DNA from: Candidatus Staskawiczbacteria bacterium
GTDB lineage: Bacteria > Patescibacteriota > Minisyncoccia > Minisyncoccales > Staskawiczbacteraceae
Length of the DNA stretch: 38,952 bases
Reading direction: 5' to 3'
Assembly (NCBI GenBank): GCA_943354455.1
Contig: CALRCB010000001.1
Coordinates: 1 to 38,952, forward strand
This document shows positions 33,247 to 38,952 of this stretch, in pieces (position 1 is the first letter of the stretch; the number at the start of each line of letters is the position of its first letter). The notes under the pieces were generated by a model that ran no database searches, was not told the DNA's origin, and saw only the letters and a list, made by a program, of their open reading frames with translations. The translations under genes and the position numbers were made by a program.

Positions 33247-34254
33247 ATGACAAAAATTGCTATTAATGGATTTGGTCGCATTGGCCGGCAAACATTTAAA
33301 AGGATATTAGAAACACATCCTGATTTAGAAGTGGTGGCGATTAACGATTTAACCGACACTAAAACATTAGCTCATTTATTGAAATATGATTCTAGTTATG
33401 GAATTTTAAATAAAGAAGTGAGTTTTGATGAAAGAAACATAATTGTTGATAGTAAAAAATATAAAGTATTGGCAGAAAAAAACCCAGAAAATCTGCCATG
33501 GAAAGATTTGGAGGTAGATATTGTGCTTGAATGCACAGGGTTATTTAACGATAAAGAAAGTGCGCAAAAGCACATTACTGCTGGCGCAAAAAAGGTGATT
33601 CTATCAGGCCCCGCCAAAGAGAAAGAAGTTCCCGGATTTATTTTGGGCGTAAATTCTGATGAATTTGATATTAGTAAGACCGATATTATGGATATGGGTT
33701 CTTGTACTACTAATTGTTTGGCACCGGTGGCAAAAATATTGAATGATAATTTCAAAATTGTAAAAGGATTTATGACCACGGTGCATAGCTATACTAATGA
33801 TCAACGAATTCTTGATTTACCTCATAAAGATTTGCGAAGAGCTCGGGCAGCCGCCGTTAATATGATTCCAAGTAGCACGGGAGCCGCCAAAGCCATTGGT
33901 AAAATGATTCCTGATTTGCAGGGAAAGTTAGATGGAATATCAATTCGAGTGCCAACCGCAGCGGTTTCTGTTTTGGATTTAACCGTAGAGGTTGAAAATG
34001 CCACCGATAAAGAATCGGTAAATAACGCCTTTAAAAAAGCTGAAAAACAAGAGAGTCTTGAAGGTATTTTCCGGGTTGAAACCAATGAATTAGTTTCATC
34101 TGATTTTAAGGGAGATTCTTATTCTTCTATCATTGATGAAAGCCAGACCATGGTAAATGGAAATATGGTAAAAGTGCTGGCGTGGTATGATAACGAATGG
34201 GGATTTAGTTGTAGATTAGCCCAATTTGCCGAATTCGTAGGAAAGAAATTGTAA
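33247..34254 (+). CDS. gap: Glyceraldehyde-3-phosphate dehydrogenase
   Basis: INGFGRIGR, SCTTNCLAP and WYDNEWGF are present. Confidence 0.97.
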   Translation: MTKIAINGFGRIGRQTFKRILETHPDLEVVAINDLTDTKTLAHLLKYDSSYGILNKEVSFDERNIIVDSKKYKVLAEKNPENLPWKDLEVDIVLECTGLFNDKESAQKHITAGAKKVILSGPAKEKEVPGFILGVNSDEFDISKTDIMDMGSCTTNCLAPVAKILNDNFKIVKGFMTTVHSYTNDQRILDLPHKDLRRARAAAVNMIPSSTGAAKAIGKMIPDLQGKLDGISIRVPTAAVSVLDLTVEVENATDKESVNNAFKKAEKQESLEGIFRVETNELVSSDFKGDSYSSIIDESQTMVNGNMVKVLAWYDNEWGFSCRLAQFAEFVGKKL

Positions 34255-34259
34255 AAATT

Positions 34260-36683
34260 ATGGAAGGGGGAAAAAATATTTTGTGGTTTAAAGAACTGGG
34301 GATTAAAGATGTCCCTGATGTTGGCGGAAAGAATGCTTCCTTGGGGGAAATGTATAATAATTTACTTACCAAAGGTGTAAATCTTGCCAATGGTTTTGCC
34401 ACCACTTCTGGTGCATATTTTTATTTTTTAGATAATACTGGCTTGACAAAACAAATTGAAGAAATTTTAAAAGATGTTGATGTTCATGATTTAAAAAGTT
34501 TGCAACAAAAAGGAAAGAAAGTAAGAGAATTAATTATTGCATCAACTCTACCACATGCTCTACGGGAAGATATTATTAAGTCTTACTTAGAATTATCGCG
34601 ATTATATTATGTGGAAAATACGGACGTAGCTGTGCGGTCTTCAGCCACTGCCGAAGATTTGCCTGGCGCTAGTTTTGCCGGCCAACAAGAAACTTTTTTA
34701 AATATTACTGGAGCTGAAAATGTGTTAATAGCAGTTAAAAAATGCTTTGCTTCTTTGTTTACTGACAGGGCTATTGTTTACCGGCAAGAAATGGGGTTTG
34801 CCCATTCAAAGGTTGGGCTTTCTGCGGGAATCCAAAAAATGGTACGTTCTGATATGGGAGCTTCTGGTGTAATGTTTTCTTGCGATACTGAATCGGGTTT
34901 TGCCGATGCGGTTTTGATAAATGCGAGCCTTGGTTTGGGCGAAAATGTGGTATTGGGAAGAGTTGAGCCAGACCAATATTATGTTTTTGAAACCACTCTT
35001 CGAATTGGCAATACTCAAGGTAAACCATATAGACCAATTATTGAAAAGAAGATTGGGTCAAAATTGGTGAAGATGATTTATACTAAAGACCCAAAGGCAC
35101 CGACTAAAAATATTGCCACCACGCCAAAAGAACGTCATAATTTTGTGTTAACTGATGATGAAATTTTGCAATTGGCCAAGTGGTCAATGATTGTGGAAGA
35201 ACACTATAAAAAACCGATGGACATGGAATGGGCCAAAGACGGTAAAGAAAATAAATTATACATTGTACAGGCTCGGCCAGAAACCGTACAAAGCAAGCGG
35301 AATTTAAGTGTACTGGAAGATTATGTGTTGGAAAAATCTGCTGACAAAAAAGTGATTGCCCAAGGAATGAGCGTGGGAGGAAAAATTGGATCTGGAAAAG
35401 CCAATAAAATCATGTCGGCCAAAGACATTAATAAATTTAAAAAAGGGGAAGTGCTGGTTACCGGCATGACTGACCCCGACTGGGTGCCAGCTATGAAGCT
35501 TGCCTCGGCCATTATTACCGACCAAGGAGGCCGAACGGCCCATGCGGCTATTGTTTCCCGCGAATTGGGGATTCCTTGCATTGTGGGGGCTGGCAATGCC
35601 ACCAAGGTGCTAAAAACCGGCCAGCCATTAACCGTTGACTGTTCGGGTGGAGAAGAAGGCTTTGTATATGAAGGGTTGATTCATTTTGAGGTTAAAAAAA
35701 CTGATATTTCAAATATTCAAAAAACCAAAACCAAGATTTCCATGAACTTGGCTGACCCGTCGCAGGCTTTTAACCTAAGTTTTATCCCCAATGACGGTGT
35801 TGGTTTGGCTCGGGAAGAATTTATTATTGCCAACACCATAAAAATCCACCCAAACGCGCTGATTAATTATAAAAAGTTAAAACCGGCATTAAGAAAACAA
35901 ATTGATGCTCTTACTTTAGGGTATACTGACAAAGCAAATTTTTACGTTGATAAATTGGCCGAGGGCGTGGGAAAGATTGGCGCGGCCTTTTACCCAAAGC
36001 AAGTTATTGTGCGGTTTTCAGATTTTAAAACTAATGAATACAGGGGATTGATTGGCGGGGATTTGTATGAACCAAAAGAAGAAAACCCGATGATTGGGTT
36101 TCGGGGGGCATCACGGTATTATAATGAAGCCTTTAAAGAAGCGTTTGTATTGGAATGTAAAGCGATTAAAAAGGTGCGCGAGGAATTTGGCATTGATAAT
36201 GTGCAGGTGATGGTGCCAATGTGCCGAACCGTGGACGAAGGCAAAAAAGTGCTTGAAATTATGAAAACGGCGGGGTTGGTAAAAGGGGAAAAAGGACTAA
36301 AAGTGTTTGTGATGTGTGAGGTGCCAAGCAACGTTATTTTAGCCAAGCAATTTTTGGAAATTTTTGACGGGTTTTCCATTGGGTCAAATGATTTAACACA
36401 ATTAACACTGGGATTAGACAGAGATAATTCCGTGGTTGCCAACGTGGCCAATGAAAAAAATGAAGCCGTAAAAATTTCAATTACAAAAGCCATTGAAGCC
36501 TGCAAAGAGGCCGGAAAATATTCTGGAATTTGTGGGCAGGCGCCAAGCGATTTTCCAGATTTTGCAGAGTGGTTGGTAGAGCAAGGAATTGAAAGCATTT
36601 CATTAAACCCCGATTCTATTATTAAAACCATGTTGGTAGTAGCCGATAAAGAAAAACAATTAAATTATTATCAAAATGTTTGA
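34260..36683 (+). CDS. ppsA: Phosphoenolpyruvate synthase (pyruvate, water dikinase)
   Basis: VGGKNASLGEM and GGRTAHAAIVSRELGIPCIVG (phospho-His swivel) are present, with GSNDLTQ in the PEP-utilizing C-terminal domain. Length is 807 aa. Confidence 0.92.
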   Translation: MEGGKNILWFKELGIKDVPDVGGKNASLGEMYNNLLTKGVNLANGFATTSGAYFYFLDNTGLTKQIEEILKDVDVHDLKSLQQKGKKVRELIIASTLPHALREDIIKSYLELSRLYYVENTDVAVRSSATAEDLPGASFAGQQETFLNITGAENVLIAVKKCFASLFTDRAIVYRQEMGFAHSKVGLSAGIQKMVRSDMGASGVMFSCDTESGFADAVLINASLGLGENVVLGRVEPDQYYVFETTLRIGNTQGKPYRPIIEKKIGSKLVKMIYTKDPKAPTKNIATTPKERHNFVLTDDEILQLAKWSMIVEEHYKKPMDMEWAKDGKENKLYIVQARPETVQSKRNLSVLEDYVLEKSADKKVIAQGMSVGGKIGSGKANKIMSAKDINKFKKGEVLVTGMTDPDWVPAMKLASAIITDQGGRTAHAAIVSRELGIPCIVGAGNATKVLKTGQPLTVDCSGGEEGFVYEGLIHFEVKKTDISNIQKTKTKISMNLADPSQAFNLSFIPNDGVGLAREEFIIANTIKIHPNALINYKKLKPALRKQIDALTLGYTDKANFYVDKLAEGVGKIGAAFYPKQVIVRFSDFKTNEYRGLIGGDLYEPKEENPMIGFRGASRYYNEAFKEAFVLECKAIKKVREEFGIDNVQVMVPMCRTVDEGKKVLEIMKTAGLVKGEKGLKVFVMCEVPSNVILAKQFLEIFDGFSIGSNDLTQLTLGLDRDNSVVANVANEKNEAVKISITKAIEACKEAGKYSGICGQAPSDFPDFAEWLVEQGIESISLNPDSIIKTMLVVADKEKQLNYYQNV

Positions 36684-37650
36684 TATTATTACATTTGGGT
36701 CAGCAACGCAGGATATTTTGTTAAAACCAAAACATTTAACGGTGTTAAATTATAAAAAAGAAGTTTCGGCTAAAGAAGTCTGTTTTCCCATGGGGTCAAA
36801 AATTGATATTGAAGACATGCAGTTTAATACTGGTGGTGGTGGAACTAATACCGCGGCTACCTTTGCCTTGCAGGGTTTAAAAACTGCTTTTTGCGGAGTG
36901 ATTGGGCGCGATATTTCCGGCCAAGAAATTATCAATGAACTAAAAAAATTTAAAATAAACACCGACTTGGTGCAAACTACCGATAAAAAACGCACCAATC
37001 ATTCGGTAGTGATGTTAAATACCGGGTCAGACAGAACCATTATGGCTTATCGTGGAGCAGCGGAGTTAATGGATAAAAATAATATTCCGTGGAATAAATT
37101 AAAAACGAAGTGGCTTTATTTGGCGCCGTTGTCGGGACTGTTGTGCGACAGCTTTGAAGACTTGGTTAATTTTGCTTTTGATAAAAAAATAAAACTTGCG
37201 GTAAATCCAGGAATGGCTCAATTGTCTTTGCCGAATTTTCCACAAATTGCAAAAAAGATTGATGTGTTGATTATGAACCAAGAAGAAGCCAGTTTTTTGA
37301 CCAAAATTCCTTATGAAACCGAAAAAGAAATTTTTCAAAAAATTGATGATATGTGTTCTGGAATTGTGATAATGACAAAAGGACCAGACGGAGTCTTGGT
37401 TTCTGATGGTAACCATATATATTCGGCTGTGCCACCGGTTCACAGAATTATTGTTGATACGACCGGGGCGGGTGATTCGTTTTCATCAGGATTTTTGAGT
37501 GAATTTATCAGAACTGGCGATTTAGAAAAAGGTATTCAGTTGGGAATGGGAAATTCCGTGGGGTGCCTTTCACAAGTAGGCGCCAAAAACGGGTTGTTGA
37601 AGAAGGATCAAGAATTTGAAAAAGTAGAAGTTAAAAAGGAAAATATATGA
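36676..37650 (+). CDS. PfkB-family carbohydrate kinase
   Basis: GGGGTNTA and DTTGAGDSF are present. It overlaps the ppsA stop by 8 nt. Confidence 0.85.
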   Translation: MFDIITFGSATQDILLKPKHLTVLNYKKEVSAKEVCFPMGSKIDIEDMQFNTGGGGTNTAATFALQGLKTAFCGVIGRDISGQEIINELKKFKINTDLVQTTDKKRTNHSVVMLNTGSDRTIMAYRGAAELMDKNNIPWNKLKTKWLYLAPLSGLLCDSFEDLVNFAFDKKIKLAVNPGMAQLSLPNFPQIAKKIDVLIMNQEEASFLTKIPYETEKEIFQKIDDMCSGIVIMTKGPDGVLVSDGNHIYSAVPPVHRIIVDTTGAGDSFSSGFLSEFIRTGDLEKGIQLGMGNSVGCLSQVGAKNGLLKKDQEFEKVEVKKENI

Positions 37651-38069
37651 ATAAAAATATAATAAGAATTCTATATTTACTATTTAGTGCTGTTTTTTTC
37701 TATTTTATCGTCTATAAAAATTTTTCGTCATATGATCCGAGTGGCCCTTTTGCTGGTTTTGATAAGATGTTTTTATTTGTCTATTCTATTATTAATATTA
37801 TATTTTTTTTGTTTGGTGTGGGGATATTAAAGACTAATAAGTTTTCAAATATATCCCTAATATTATCATCAATTTTGTTAATTATTCACTATATATTACC
37901 ATGGGATTATTATACCACTCTTCACATTCAAAATATTCAAATTGTGTTTTTGATCAATAGAATACTATATAGCTTGAATCCCTATGTTTTTTGGCCAATT
38001 TCAGTTGTTCTTTTGATTATAGGTGCTATAGTCGCTCTTAGAGAAAAATTTTCTAACAAACTATCATAA
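37647..38069 (+). CDS. Hypothetical polytopic membrane protein
   Basis: Four hydrophobic segments are present. The ATGA start-stop overlap suggests translational coupling. Confidence 0.5.
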   Translation: MNKNIIRILYLLFSAVFFYFIVYKNFSSYDPSGPFAGFDKMFLFVYSIINIIFFLFGVGILKTNKFSNISLILSSILLIIHYILPWDYYTTLHIQNIQIVFLINRILYSLNPYVFWPISVVLLIIGAIVALREKFSNKLS

Positions 38070-38071
38070 AT

Positions 38072-38929
38072 ATGAAATCATTAAAACACTACTTTAAGAA
38101 AGCGTATAAAGAAAAGTTTGCTATTGGACAATTTAACTTTTCTGATTGGTCGCAGGTGAAGGGAATTTTGGCCGCCGCCCAAAATTTAAAGGCGCCGATT
38201 ATTTTAGGAACCTCGGAAGGCGAAAGCAAATATGTAGGCTTGGCTGAGGCTGTGGCCATGCGAGATGTGTTAAGAAAAAAAACCGGCCTGCCCATTTTTT
38301 TGAATTTAGACCACGGCAAATCATTTGAATATTTAAAAGAAGCCATTTTGGCGGGTTACGACATGGTGCATTTTGACGGGTCAAAATTGCCATTGGAAGA
38401 AAATATAAAAATTAGTAAAGAAGTGGTGAAATTTGCCCATTGGCGGGGGGTGGTGGTTGAAGGTGAAGTGGGAAAAATTGGAACCGATGCTTCAAGAACC
38501 TATACCGAAAAATTTGAAATAAAAGAAGAAGACTTAACCAAGCCACAAGAAGTGGTGGAATATTTAAAACAGGCAAAGGTGGACGTGCTGGCCGTTAGCG
38601 TGGGCACATTTCATGGGATGGATGTGACGGGTGTTTCACCTGACATTAGACTGGAAAAATTAAAAGAAATTACCGCGGTGGCTAATATTCCCCTGGTGTT
38701 GCATGGTGGCAGTGGTACTCCGGAAGAAAGCTTGAAACAATCAATTGCCCTGGGTATTAGTAAAATTAACATTAATACCGAAACCCGGCTGGCATTTGCT
38801 AATACCTTAAAAGCGGAACTGGAGAAAAATGAAATTACGCCTTACAAATATATGGTCGAACCCATTAAGGCGGTGCAGGCAGTAATTGAAGGAAAAATTA
38901 AGCAGTTTGGTAGCGAAGGCAAAGCATAA
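38072..38929 (+). CDS. fba: Class II fructose-bisphosphate aldolase
   Basis: LDHG, HFDGS, LVLHGGSG and NINTE are present. Length is 285 aa. Confidence 0.9.
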   Translation: MKSLKHYFKKAYKEKFAIGQFNFSDWSQVKGILAAAQNLKAPIILGTSEGESKYVGLAEAVAMRDVLRKKTGLPIFLNLDHGKSFEYLKEAILAGYDMVHFDGSKLPLEENIKISKEVVKFAHWRGVVVEGEVGKIGTDASRTYTEKFEIKEEDLTKPQEVVEYLKQAKVDVLAVSVGTFHGMDVTGVSPDIRLEKLKEITAVANIPLVLHGGSGTPEESLKQSIALGISKININTETRLAFANTLKAELEKNEITPYKYMVEPIKAVQAVIEGKIKQFGSEGKA

Positions 38930-38952
38930 GCCTGTCTGCCGGCAGGCAGGTA

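Noticed and set aside
38930-38952. A GC-rich inverted repeat (cctgtctgcc/ggcaggcagg) after fba, considered as a terminator
   Set aside because: It is plausible, but the window ends inside or just after it, so the T-run and full stem cannot be assessed.
1-38952. A search by eye for rRNA, tRNA, CRISPR arrays, transposases or integrases
   Set aside because: I found none. All intergenic gaps longer than 100 nt were inspected, and none shows tRNA-like or repeat-spacer structure. A proper tRNAscan or Infernal run would be needed to be certain.

Overview
This is a low-GC (about 35-40% by eye), gene-dense bacterial window with short intergenic gaps and mostly weak or absent Shine-Dalgarno sequences. 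The backbone is the conserved str/S10/spc ribosomal-protein supercluster: rpsL-rpsG-fusA, then tuf-rpsJ-rplCDWB-rpsS-rplV-rpsC-rplP-rpmC-rpsQ-rplNXE-rpsN-rpsH-rplFR-rpsE-rplO-secY-adk-map. It is followed by a glycolysis/gluconeogenesis cluster (tpiA, gpmA-like, gap, ppsA, a PfkB kinase, fba) plus alaS and housekeeping genes (tgt 3' end, SOD, HD hydrolase, SpoU methyltransferase, ndk, a ComEC-type MBL domain, rpmB, an M50 protease). There is no rpmD (L30) between rpsE and rplO, several r-proteins carry Lys/Ala-rich extensions, AlaRS is short, and a SWIB protein and a DUF5679-like mini-protein are present. Together these suggest a Candidate Phyla Radiation (Patescibacteria/Parcubacteria-like) genome, which is an inference. 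The standout feature is a complete diversity-generating retroelement (DGR) at about 4400-7074. It comprises a compositionally foreign, GC-rich target gene (4488-5174) with a 128-nt variable repeat at its 3' end, and a cognate template repeat 470 nt downstream that differs at 16 positions, all of them TR adenines. It also includes an Avd-like four-helix-bundle gene on the opposite strand and a DGR-type reverse transcriptase. Unusual details of the cassette are the inverted avd overlapping the RT start, a G10 tract in that overlap zone, TR flanked by its own promoter-like and terminator-like signals, and a structured region 3' of the RT. Outside the DGR, a roughly 75-nt leader motif (a palindrome plus a conserved core) recurs upstream of rplW, rplB (partial copy), rpsE and tpiA. 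Three tandem hairpins sit between rpsJ and rplC. I saw no rRNA, tRNA, CRISPR array or transposase.
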